NCBI GenBank assembly: GCA_037447605.1
Contig: CM074811.1
Span: forward strand, 2,232,001 to 2,296,000
Direction: 5' to 3'
DNA length: 64,000 nt
DNA from: Zygnema circumcarinatum SAG 698-1b
Taxonomy: Eukaryota > Plantae > Zygnematophyceae
Shown: piece by piece, positions 11,196-24,000 of the stretch
How positions within the stretch are numbered: the first letter of the stretch is position 1
Layout of the letters: each line of letters starts with the position of its first letter
Translations under genes and position numbers: made by a program
The notes under the pieces: generated by a model
The model's input: only the letters and a program-made list of their open reading frames with translations
Database searches by the model: none
What the model was told of the DNA's origin: nothing

Positions 11196-11198
11196 GCC

Positions 11199-12319
11199 AT
11201 GGCGGCGCCCCTGAACCCCAACGACCTCATCTCCAGGATGGAGAAGTGGAAGGTCATCCCTGACGTGGTGGACAGGTTCGAGCCCGGAGGAGAGGATTTG
11301 AAGGTCGTCTATGGCTCCACAGCGATCCTGACAGGGGGGGGGCTGAGAGAGGAGGGCGTCCAGGAGCTTCCGAAGGTCGAATGGGGAGGTTCGGTGGCAG
11401 GAGATGCTCTCTACACGCTTTTTATGGTGGATCCGGACGCTCCAAAACCGGAGGAGCCTACTTTTCGGGAGTTTGTGCACTGGATCGTGGCAAACATTCC
11501 TGGGTCTTATAGTGCCACGTGCCAGAGTGAGTGCACTCTTAGTTCCGCCTTATCCTCGCAGAATGCCCTTCATTTTTCTTCTATTTTTGGCTGCCTTTTA
11601 ATTCGAAAGACTGTCAGGATTGAAAGGAATGAGATGAGTTTGCAAGGGGTTCAAAGTTCACCAACCCCTTCTTCCTCCATATTAGACGCCAATCCTTTTA
11701 ATTTGAGCTAAAAAAATTCCCCCTTCCACTACGCTCTCTCTTTCTCCCCCTTTCTCTCTCTTTCCCTCTCACGCTTACTCTCACTCAGACACAGACACAT
11801 GAATATGCTGTGGATACGCTGCAGAATTTTTGGGAGTGAGTACTGAGGTGCTGCCGTATACGGGCCCTGCTCCTGTGGAAGGCAACCATCGATACGTGTT
11901 CGTTCTGTTCAAGCAGGTACTTAACGGGTTTTTTGGCTTCTGGGATATTTATCAAATCTCAACAGGCATACCAATAATTTGCTCAATGACAACATGCAAG
12001 GTCCACTCTAATAACGAAACAGTCACCAGAACGTACTAGTTTTGATTGTTGGAGGGCGTTCCATGTCTCAGTTGCTGTTATTTTAACCGATTCCCATCCT
12101 TGAATGTGTATGGTAAACAGAATATCCACAATAGACTTACAGTCGTTCTTTCTGCATTTTTTTTATTGTATGCAGACCGGCAAGGTTGAATTGACGGCAC
12201 CAAGTGAGAGAAAAAACTTCAACGTGCGTGCTTTCGCAAAGCAAAACGACCTTGGAAGTCCTGTTTTTTGCGACTTTTTCTTCGTAGAGCCTGCAAAAAA
12301 TATTATTGGCCGCGCATAG
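11199..12319 (+). CDS. Phosphatidylethanolamine-binding protein (PEBP; FT/TFL1/MFT superfamily), 187 aa
   Basis: Exons 11199-11526, 11825-11916 and 12176-12319 splice in frame. Motifs YTLFMVDPDAP, REFVHWIVANIPG, GNHRYVFVLFKQ, RKNFNVRAFAKQNDLGSPV. Confidence 0.93.
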
Positions 12320-13269
12320 AAACCTCGGAGAGCCGCACACCGTGCGAGCTCTGTTGTCCCCTGTACTACAGGATGTATTTTGGTAATTTTGGACATAAAA
12401 TTTGTGTCGAATGGCACGGCTGTACCATCTAAATAAAAGCAGAGAGAGCCCCTCAAGGGTGCGAGGAGCTGTGTAGTACCGAGGGAGGGGGGGAGAGCGT
12501 GGGACGGAGGGAGAGAGTGGAACGGAAAAAGGGTGAGACGAATTTCTGCAAGAAGACAGTTACATGAGGGTCTCGGAATTCAATTTCAGTGCCCGAAGAA
12601 ACATCAGGCGGATATGTCACCCCTATTCTTTTGTAAATTGATTTTTTTGTCAAAAATCCATTCTTGGACTTGGAAAACATTTTTTTTTTCCTTCCAAATC
12701 GTGTCCTTCAGGGAATGCCTTCTCTGGCTTTTACGGAGGAACCTTCTTCCTTTTTCGCTTGTGTTGATTTATTTCTCAGGAATGCATCTTGGAGGAAGGG
12801 TGATTAGGAAACTCGCAGATCGTGTTGTGCTGTACTGGCTGTTAGCTTCGGCTATCAACTCTGACTTGCATCGTAGGGAGTCCAAACATGGCATACACTG
12901 CGTGTAACACGGTTGGCGACACGTTAGAAATCTCTACCCTCAGTTGTATGAGGATTCTTTTTTTTTGTTTTCATCGAGCTTCACCGAGGCTCACAGTTGG
13001 CCGACTGCCATTGCTCATATCATTCGGGCGCCGACTTCCATCGAAGCGGAGGGAGCCCAAAGAGCCTCCTCATGAAGGGCCGTCCCCGCCCTCTCAGCGC
13101 GTATGGCGATGGCATAAATGGGACCTTCTATTCGTATGCACAGCATACAACCTTTCAGCTTTAGGGCCAGTCATTGTGTATCGCCGGAGATCTTCAAGGA
13201 CACCAAGCTTTAGCAAGGTCCCACGTCCGGAGAAAGAAAGCATTCACAGTTGAGACATTGGGTCGGCAC

Positions 13270-13694
13270 CCATTGGCCAACCCGTCCAATAGTTGGCAAC
13301 CATTGGAATGGTGGGCAGCCACAGAAACCAACGGGTTACTTACAACTAGGGGCAGGGGTGGCAAGTTATTCGAGCCGGCTCCACCAGCTGGTTCAGTTGT
13401 ATGCATCCCTTCATAATTAGGCCAATTATGGTGAGCCACATCAAAAGGGATGGCACGCGGTAAGCCTTCATTGGTTGCACATGATGGAGACAACGATCAG
13501 CGAGTTACCTGGCTCTAGCCATTGCCAGCTCAAGTTGCAACCATTGGCAATGTTTGACTGGCTTCACGCCAATGATGGGAATGTTTGGCAACTGCCGGCT
13601 AGACCTTATGCCAATGGTGGAAATATCCCAATGATTCACGCTCACTAAAGCGATTCCAACCATTGGCAATGGTTGGTTAGATGATCCAACGGTC
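13270..13694. repeat. Cluster of CAACCATTGG/CCAATG motifs with a perfect palindrome
   Basis: CAACCATTGG near 13298, 13538 and 13657; CCAACCATTG-G-CAATGGTTGG palindrome at 13656-13676; further CCAATG copies at 13569-13633; TCCAACGGTC at 13685-13694. Confidence 0.55.
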
Positions 13695-15052
13695 CGATCT
13701 GTGAAAGGTTTGCGTAAGTTCTCGTTTAACTCTTTTAACTTTCTACATTTTTTTTTTAATGGTACAGAATTACAGGCATCCAACCACACAAAACTCGACC
13801 AAAACCAAGTTCAATAATTGAATCACATGTGCACGTGCTGGAAAGGTTTCACACCTGAGGTTTCAATCCTTGGCGTTCTTGACGAGCACAGATGGGAGGG
13901 GCGACTCTGTCAGTCGATAATTAGGTCTAAGATGATAGCTGACCGGACTTGTCTCGACCGCCAGTTGCATTCACCTGCATCTGGAAAGCCTAACCTGGAA
14001 AATAGCGCTGATGCTTGCAAATTAAATGAAATAAAATAAAAAATCTTCAAATCCGTGTCTAGAATCATTCGGCTGGCACAACCCCCCCCCCACCTGTCCG
14101 TCTATCTCCTCTACCACTCTCACCAAAAGTCAACCAACGCCTTCAACTTCATCAGGGAGTGAAGGCCCTGAGACTACCAGCCCCCCTCTCCCTGGATCAC
14201 ATAGAAGTTCGTCTCACAACTTAATTTCACCAAAAAAACTGACAGTTTGACTAACAAACTTGGAAAACTGACAAACCGTACCCCTCTACTCTACCCCCAC
14301 TGAACCACCTGATTCTGATCAGAGCTTCTCTTCAGATGCTCGACCATGAAAGGCACAGCTTATTGGTCTAACCTTTAACTTAAAAAGGCTGACTAACTCT
14401 GACTGGATGCTACTGCTTCATCAATCTCCATGTCCTTGTGAGTTGTGCTCGAAACTCCAGCGACCTTCACAACACAGAAGCTGCACACACAGATCAGCAC
14501 GTCCCACCCTCTGCCGCTCTCAGTCAACACGTGCACATACCACCATTGAGCATTCCCACTGACTAAAGTGAGAGGGAGAGCAGCAGAAAAATGCTCCTAG
14601 ATGCTTCTACTTCTGCAGCATCCTCGTTGAATTGTGTCACGCATGCACGCATGCATGCATGCACTAATAATCTCCCACCTCTTCTCTTCCTGCTTGTCCC
14701 CCTCGCCTTGCTCAGCCTTTGTTGCCTCTCCACTTGCAACCATCCTCCCCCATGACTTCTTATCTCCCTGCTGCCTTCCTATCCGTCTGGACCTCCCACT
14801 ACCTCTCTCCACTTTCAGCATGCGTTGTTCTTCTTCATGCATGTGCATGAAGTGCTCTGTATATTCCTCTTTCCCTGCTACCCTTCTCTTCCTCAACCCT
14901 CTTCCTCCCTGCCCATCAAACTCTGTTCAAAAGAACAACTATGAGACCCCTCCTCCTTTTCCCCTCAACCGACACCCTCCCGTTCCTTGCGAGAATGCTC
15001 TAGGAATACAGCACCTTTCAAAGGTTCAAACGACCCACCTTGTCTTTCTCTT

Positions 15053-18000
15053 CTACGTCCGAGGTTCGGGAGAATCCACGATAGCATCTGAAGGTGCGGC
15101 CCCATTGCGTTTTGGAGATCTGGCCACACGCTTGACAAGGTCTTGCACTACCTTTGACATGGGAGGCCGCAACTCAGGCTCATGCTGCACAAAGGGAGGG
15201 AGTTCATTAATATTGAGAAAGTCGAAATAGCATACATGGGACAAGAGTAAGCACCAAAGTTGACCTCGCTATGCTCCATACCTACTTCGTAATCCTCATT
15301 TTCTAGGTCCCTCCAAGCCGAAGTAAGTCACATAAAATTTAGACAAAGCGAAAAAAGTTCCCTTCTGAACTGAGGAATCAACCGAGGAATTCTGGAAAGG
15401 AAACGGACTATCTCTGCAATGAGAAGTATTGCAAAATTTCTTACCTGTATGCATCTTGTGATGACCTCTGCAAAGCGTGTCAATGATACTTGTTCGGGAC
15501 GAGGGCCGGGAAGCTGCGGATCAACCATAGCTTCAAGCTGAGGGAGGTCATGAAGAAGAGGTGCAGCCCACCGTACAAGGGACTGTTCCGGCTTCGATCG
15601 TGACCTACATCAAATCAGTTAAATGGGCAATGGCAAAACAACTGGTGAGCACTTAATCCTGTGAAATTGGGGGGGGGGGGGGGGTAGACTCGTTTCCCAA
15701 TTCAGACATTTGCCTTGATAACTTATCAGCCTAAAGGTCTTTACAACATTGAATACTGCAGTTGATGGAGTCGAATTCAGGAAAACGGCTATCATCGAAT
15801 GTGACATTTGAAAGCCCCGCAATTTTGGCAGCGGTTTCCGATTCAAGTGAGCTACCAGAAACGTGAAGTGGTGAAAGAAGGAGAAAGGTGCGAGAGGCAT
15901 AAGATGCCGCAACATGACGAAGACAAGGGAGTCGTCTAAAAGGTGGTAATGTTCCAAATTACTGGTCCAAATCCCAACCGAGGACCAGGAAAAAAAACAC
16001 AAACACAACACCAAAAAGAAAGAAATCTGAAGCTCATAATCGTCAATGGAGCAGTCGATGGTAGGTACGGTTGGTCAGGTGGGCACGTGAAACAGAAGAA
16101 GTGTTAGCTACATCACATAATGTCTGAGCAATACACAGCAGGAGGTCCTTACAGATCAATGGGCTCCCGTCCAGTGAGCAGCTCCAAAAGGAGGACACCA
16201 AAGCCGTACACATCGCTCATCGCAGTGTACACTCCCGACATCATGTATTCAGGAGCACCATACGTTAAGCCTCCCTGAACCTGCATCCATATGCACATCA
16301 TATACCAGTTTTTTCAGAAAATGTTCAATAACAGTTCAGAGACTGACCTACGCGACAAGAATACTAGCACTGAGCAGTAAGTTTTCTTCTGCTTTTCATC
16401 ACACGCTCTATCTTATTAGCCCTAGATACAAGTAAGACTGTCCTCTTCAACATCCTGGAGAATGAGCAAAGAAATGGTCATCCGTAATCTACCCAGGACG
16501 TGGACTCACCATACTGTCAACACCAGTAGGATTGAACACAGCCATGCCACAATCCGCAACATGAGGTGACAGTTCCTTGTCGAGTAGCACATTAGTTGAC
16601 TTAAAACTCCGATGCATTACAGGCGGCGTTACCTGCTCATGCATGTACCTGCACGCAAAAAAACCGAACTTTACCATAAATCAAGCAGCACTTCTCTATC
16701 TCAGACACCCTTCTTTCATAGGGGCATTGCCCAAGCGAAAGGGACAAAAAGAAGTTGCGAGATCAAGTCGCAGACGCTTCCTTTCACTTCCATCAATGCA
16801 TTTCAACACTTTAAACCAACACCCATTAAGTTGTATGTTGCAGTTGCATGGAGTTGGGTTGTTCGAGCCATACTCTAAAGCTCTCGCTGATCCGATTGCA
16901 ATGCGTAGGCGCACATCCCACGTGAGAGCGGACTGCCTTTGTCGGTCGTGCAGGAAGTCATATGCGCTGCCGCCGGGGAAGTATTGGAAACCCAACAGTC
17001 GCTGTCCGTACTCCACACAATAGCCATGGAGTTCAACAAGGTTGGGATGGCGGAGACGAGCCATGTTGTTCACAATTGCTTTGAAGTCTTCATCAGACAT
17101 ACCCTCCACAAATGAGGGGTCCAACCGTCTGATTGCAAGTGCCTGAATTCAATGAAAAGCGTTCCAACAGTAAATAATCAGCATTTGATGATCTTTTACA
17201 GTTTGCGAGTTGTATAGCCTTCAGGGGCAAGCAAACATAGAACAACATGCATCTAAATGACAGTTTATCAGTGTATCCGAACAGGTATATAACAGCACTA
17301 ACTGACAGGAGGACAGGCAGATCAGTGAAAAGGTGATCATGAAATCTAGGACACGTCGATAAACTTGTAGCTCTCAGTGCAGCGCAGGACAACAAGACCG
17401 ATACTTTGTAACCAATAATAAGTCAAGATGTTTTAACTGTTGGAACAAATACACCACCGATTTTCAGCCCAAAAAAAAAGGCCTTTTGAAATAAGCCCAC
17501 AAGCCCCCATTTAGCAGAGGCACACTTCCACAGTTCTCCCACACAATAACCATTCAAATCTAGCAAAGCGACCAGAACTTGCTTCGTCATCCAGAAACCC
17601 ACCAAAGCCACAAAGAGAATCAAGAAACTTAAACGGGCAGAGCCTATTTTGGAAGCTTGTGCTTACCCTGCCCTGAGCAAAATCAGCGCGATAGAGACTT
17701 CCCATCGGACCTTCTCCAATTTTCCTATCAATGGAAAATGAATTTGTGGCCTGCTGCAGATCTGCCACAGTAAATGCTTGTGCCCCATATACAGGAGAAA
17801 GCTTTCTCGGATTTTCAGCAGAACTTGGACCCTCAGAGCCTTCCCTCTTTGACCTTCGAGACTCTGCTCTCGTCAGAGAGGCTACTGCCCCTGCTGTTGC
17901 CATTACCCCCCCTTCAATGCCGGCCGCTGTTAAGTTGTTTGAGCTTCCTGTAGTTGAGAGGGTGCTTGTTGCAGGAGCATCTCTCGCTTCTCGCCGACTT

Positions 18001-21000
18001 ATAAGGGGGGAGCTGTTCCCTGATGCTCTGCTTGATCCGCCATTCTCTCTCTGTTTGGATGGAAGAGACCCATATTCTGCTTCAGCATTGTTTGTCTGCT
18101 CGCCCTGTGTCCAGCCTGCCAATAGAGTAGAAACATTAAACATGGTAAATGTTTTGGGAGAACAGACGCAGTTGAGTCAGAAAAGCTACAAGAAGACTTG
18201 TGGGTATTTGAGGAACAGAAGCAGAGCAGATTCTAGCTCAAACAATAGGATAAATTATGAAGGCACTCTTTTTCTCAGAAAGAGAAGAGAAATAGCTCAA
18301 CAGACAATTGGACCCATTGCTGCCTGATAGGGTAAAGAGGCAAACGTGACCACCTCAGGAAATGACTGATACAGCTTTGCTAGTTTAACCTTCAATGCAA
18401 AAGAACTTCTGTACCTGCACCAGCTCTTTGTTTTGACTTCGGTGGAGTGTAGTCCTTTGCAGCATCCGGTACAGCCGGCGGCTCTTTTCTTTTGCGACAA
18501 CAACAGCACCAAGCGATAATAGCCAACAGCAAAACAATGGCTGCTCCGCCGGCTGCTGCAATACATATTATGACAACTGTTGATAGTCCGCCACTACCCT
18601 TACTTTTTGGAGGAGGAGGAGGTGAACCTGCTAAGCGAACACAGAACACACTGGATAAGAAACTTGTCATAAAGCATGACAGTAGCAGGATATGTGACCA
18701 GGTCAGGAGGGTCTCTAAAAAAGGAGCAAGCTTGGCCAACTATGGCACCGTCCTTAACATGCAGGTTATTCGTGTTCAAATTAAATGCATGGGCACTCAG
18801 AAACCAGTTATATCCAGAACTATGCCAGAAGCGATGGAATAGTAAGCTCTTTCTAACTCCAATCCTTTCATCAGCCATATGAAACCGAATGCCTAAACAA
18901 ACTAGTGTGGCCTCATACATACAGAACACCTTCGTATAATGGCCCAAAATCATACAATCATCTCTTCTGAGTGCAGCATCCAGACCATATGGTTGCCAAG
19001 AGGTACATTGCAGTAGCAGTGAGCAGACATACCAAAACCTGCATATGTAGATGGTGCAGTCACGTTCAGAAGCGTGACGTTCCCAAAATCGGCCGTCAAA
19101 ATCAGGGTCTTGTTATTTGTGTTGTAGAAGAAATCTAAGACATATTTTACCCTATCGTCATCCAGCTGGAGTGCCGGAGAAGAAGGCAACAAGGCCATGT
19201 TTAAGTAGACACTGCCGGACACGATGTTGACAAAGATGATGTCCTCCTCTGGAGATTGGAAATTACTGGCGAGCTGAGATCGAAGACTCTGCAAAACTCA
19301 CACTGCACTGGAGTAAAAATCTGTGACAAAACGGATCTCTTCAAACTCCTTGAAAAGGCATCCGACGTCAAAACCCATCACAGTACAACAAATCTGCAAT
19401 GATGGGTATGCAACGCTAATAACTATTGCAAAGCAAGGTTGCTTCTGGTGAATGAACAAACAAGTGGAAAAACAACGTAATCCCTGTATGTGTTGCGCAC
19501 GCAAATCTATCAAACTGGCTGCCCCTGTGCATATGCAGGTCGCTGACATAATAGTTTGACGCCATTAAACGAACGCGTACTATTGACGGTACTTTGACTT
19601 GAGTCAGCCTTTTGCAGGGAACCATGGATTGTAATATGGGTTTTATAACTTTATCCTACACATTTTTGTTCCTTTCTCTAAAATACAACCTTGTTTCACG
19701 CATTATAGGTTTTACGAAGGCAGGAATGGAGTCATTACCGGGATTTCAAGTCGCACAGGAACTCAGAAATTACTCCAATGCTACAGTTTACTAGACGGTA
19801 AAAATAGTTTGGAGGAGTGGGAGCTTACATCTTGTTTCGAGGACATAAAAAGGTCGTAGTCCAGACTGAACTTGAACCACGCAAAAAGAGGATAGACACA
19901 CTCGCAGTTACTTGGCCGGGCGTACTTGCCAGCTTTTCCTCCACAAGGTATACAGACAGGAGGAGGTGGAGCAGGTGGAGATGGAACAACTGGAGGTGGT
20001 GGGGGTGGTGAAGGTGCAGACGGTTCACTGGAAAGAGGAGCAGGAGAGGGAGCGATAGCAGGTGCAGGTACAGGAGAGGGTGCAAGTGCAGGCGGGGGGG
20101 GAGTGATTTCTGGAGGTGGGTTGAAGGGTATAACAGCAGGGGAAGGTGCAGGGGGAGGGGCCTCTGGGGTTGACGGTGGGGGAAGCTTCTTTTTGGGAGG
20201 AGGAGGAGATGGTTTTACCGACCGAGGGGGAGGGTGACGTTTTCTCACAAATGGGGGAGGACGTGAACTTGGAGCAATAGATGGGGACGGAGAGGCAATA
20301 GGAGGCTTTCCGATAGGGGACGCTTGTGGTGTTGGAGCAGGAGCAAACGTTGGTGGAGATATGGGTGGACTGATGGGACTGACAACAGGTTTTGCAACAG
20401 GTACAGGAGCAGACGCAGGTGGACTCAGAGCCGGAGCAGGGGGTTCAACAGGTGGCAAGGTTACGGGAGAAGGGGATTCCACTGGAGGTATAGCAGGGGG
20501 TGCTCCTGCAGGTGATGGCATGGTAGCAGAAGGTGGCGAACTAGGGGGAGCGGAAGGGACAACTGGAGCAAGTGCAGGAGGGATACTTGGAGAGTATATT
20601 GGAGGAACAAGGGGAGAGGGAGTTGGAGGAACAAGGGGAGAGGGAGTTGGAGGAACAAGGGGAGAGGGAGTTGGGGGAACAAGGGGAGAGGGAGTTGGGG
20701 GAACAAGGGGAGAGGGAGTTGGGGGAACAAGGGGAGAGGCAGTTGGAGGAACAAGGGGAGAGGGAGTTGGAGGAGATTTCTCAGGTGCAGAGGTTGGGCT
20801 GGAAGGACGACGGACTGGTGTAGGTGTAACAGCAGCTGGAATTGGAGATGCGACAGGAACAGGAAATGCAATAAGTGCAGGTGGGGAGGCAATTGGAGCA
20901 GCGGCCGGGGTTGATGGAGCAGGAGGTGACCCCCCTGGGGAAGACTCTGAAGGTGCTGCCACTGCTGCATGTGGGGCTGGCCCACTAGCGGTCGCTACGA

Positions 21001-24000
21001 GGGTCCTCATTTCTCGAACGCTGTAGATATAAAACCCAAATTGCGCAAGTTCTAAGACATTCTCAAAAGCTTTATAAGGGAAGAAAACAAACGTTCTCCA
21101 AGCACTGCTTGGCTCTCACAATTATAAAACGCACCCCATTGTATTGAACGAAATATAACGGCTTCCTCTCATTGATTTCAAGCACCTACACTGCACGATT
21201 AGCACCTCCTAAATTTGAAGGCGACAAGGGCCACAGGCTTACTTACTTGGAGTTCATCCTTCTCACTGAATTTTCCACGTTCCATGTTCCAATTTTATAG
21301 CGTCCACTCCGAGATAAGCCACCGTCTTCACCAAACCTGACACAAAAAAAAGCAGCGATTGAGCAAAAGGAAAAAGGCTTTAGACACAGGAAAAAGTCCA
21401 TAATCATTCACATTTAGCCTATGAATGTCACCTGTCAAGTTGTTCCCAGACCACTTCACGAAGTTAAAAATGATAGTCTTTTGCATTTCCAGTTGGCGAT
21501 GATACTCCTGGTATAGGGCAGTCACCTTAACATCGTAGAATTTTTTTTAACACTTTGCAAAAATCCTTAAATAGCGATAATTCACATATACATCCGTAAT
21601 CTAAGTGTTTGGAATCCACACTAACCGTTCCAGCTCAACGAGGATGCTGCTATCTATCACAGTTCTGCCCCTTTCTAATACCCCAAAAGATCCATGAATG
21701 ACCTTGAGGGCCAAGGTGCTGACCCGTGAAGGAGTAGAAAGTGGACATGACGGAGTTCATGCCATTCAAGAGGGAGTGCGGGGGAACTTGCTCTTTGATG
21801 AAAATTAGTGCCACAGGGCAGCAGAGTTTGTAGCGTGGCATAATTTACAAAGGATACCTTAAAAGCTTGTAAATGCAAAAAAAACGGTTCTGCAGTACAT
21901 GTTCTCGATGGTATACTGCTTGATAAAAAGCCCCTTTAGGATTGTTTCTCTTCGCGAAAAATATATCTGTAACGAGACTGCTTGAACACATGTGCAAGCA
22001 TTGTAGTTTGAAGTACTATTTGTCATGTTTTACTGTTTGTCACATCTTGGCTTTCGTAGTTGGAAATGGTGTATCAACAGTGGGAAAAACTAGCTGTAAA
22101 TCTGCTCAGAGAGCAATGACCGACTGAATAAGAGGCGTAAGAAAAAGGGAAACCAGTGTCAGTGAGGAAAAAATTCACTTACAATAAGCCGAAAACCGTA
22201 CGAAAGATAGTGGTCCCTTTCCCGACATCATTATTGCTCACATCCAGAAGTTCGAGACGGGGCAAAGCTTCTAGCTCCTTCGGAATCCGGCCCAGGAGAT
22301 TGTTATTCGATAAATTTCTGTGAACCCCCATTCAACCAAAGAACGGCCTTTTCATTGCATTAGTGAAAGACTACACGAATGCCCACATTGCGCTGGAATT
22401 CAAAAGCATGACCTTTGCCATCACAAAGGGGAAGGTAGAAACCAAATGTGATACAGCTCAAAATTCATTTCAAGTACTTTCAGTCATCAAGAACCTCAGG
22501 ACGTGCGAAGTCTTACAATTCTTTCAGATTGACTAACTCCTCGAACTCAGGAGGGATAATCCCAGTCAACTGGTTATGGTCCAAATACCTGTGAACCCAA
22601 CCCAAAGCATCCTTACAAAGATTTATACGCCAAAATAACTGTAGCTGTAGCTGAGCATGTTCTGTCTCCTTCCCAAAAAAGACATGTGGATTTCGTAATG
22701 CAGTGCTTCTCACAGCTGCTTACTCCATCTGAACTACAGATCTGAAATGAAGCCTGCAAGCCTGGAGACAACAATTAACAGACTACACTTGACCCATGCG
22801 ATGGAGAAAGCGAAAGCCTTACAAGAATTCGAGCTCTTTGAGCCGGCTAATGCTTGCAGGGACTGCTCCGGAAAGCTTATTGTTGGCAAAGGACCTTCAC
22901 AAAACAACCCATAGCTTGATTTAGGATTTTAACAATTCTTGGACCACTTGCTGCAAATTTCCTGCGAATAGAGAACCAACGTCAAGAGGCGTACTTCAAG
23001 AATCCATCAAGTGGATAAGAATACTCATCATCATTTTTCTTGGGTGCATATTCAAGTGTAAGCCTCTTTATTGCCTTACGTTTACTCTTCTATCATGAAC
23101 GGTTCACATCCTCTGGCACCACTGGGAAAAGAAATTGACTGCTTCTCAAGAAAGCGTATATTAGGAATGGCCAAGAACTTGTCAGAACGCCTAAAATTTG
23201 AAAGAGACGTTAATACTTTGAGGGGAAAAAATGGATGGCAGACCAATTGTAAATCCCAAAATAAAATTACAGGATCTCAAAAAGAAGAACCACACAGGGA
23301 ATTAACTTACAAATATCGGAGACGGGCAAGATTTCCAACGTCTGAAGCAATGTTGCCTCCCAGACCCGAATTGCTCAAGTCTCTGACAGCCCAACGGGAT
23401 ATGCAAAGCTAATTTTCCGTATCAGGACAAGCAACAAATTTATGGTATCAATAAATGGCTGGGCACAGTAGTACTACCTATTCAGTTTTACAAGCCTAAA
23501 TCTCTGTCGACGGCCACTATTAAACGGCACAGAGTCCATTCTATCAGTATTAGGATGGGATGGCTGACACAATTGTGGTTCAAGTGATTAACAAACGAAA
23601 TTTCTTACATGGTTAAAATTGGAAAACGAAAGTATGTCAGCTCAAAATAAGAGTGGCATGCGACAACGGCGGCCAGCGGCTTACAAGGCAACCACTCTCA
23701 GCGGAAATTCTTCGGAGTCGCACACAATTCCTGTCCATTCGTCCAGGCACGGATCTCCTTCCCACTCACTTAACGTATTGCCCCCGTGAAGTGATCCTTT
23801 AAGCGCTTGCAATGCCAGCACTGGTAACAGAAAGCACAGGCCCAAGTTTCCTCATGAGAAGGGACTCCCTTGGCTACAATGAATTAGAAGCAGGTAAAAC
23901 TGCTTAAGTATCAAGATGCGGAGCGATTGCAGAAATGTGACTGGTTGAAATCTCAGCAAAACTACAGAAAACAGGCTGATAATGCCATCCTGGAGACTAC

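Noticed and set aside
20361-21026. Gly-rich 221-aa plus-strand ORF and EQGERELE repeat ORF
   Set aside because: Antisense shadows of the Pro-rich RLK exon and its 24-bp repeat.
21849-21857. GTATCCTTT on the minus strand, resembling a U12 intron donor within the RLK
   Set aside because: No open phase-compatible exon precedes it, and no U12 branch site (TCCTTAAC) lies on that strand downstream.
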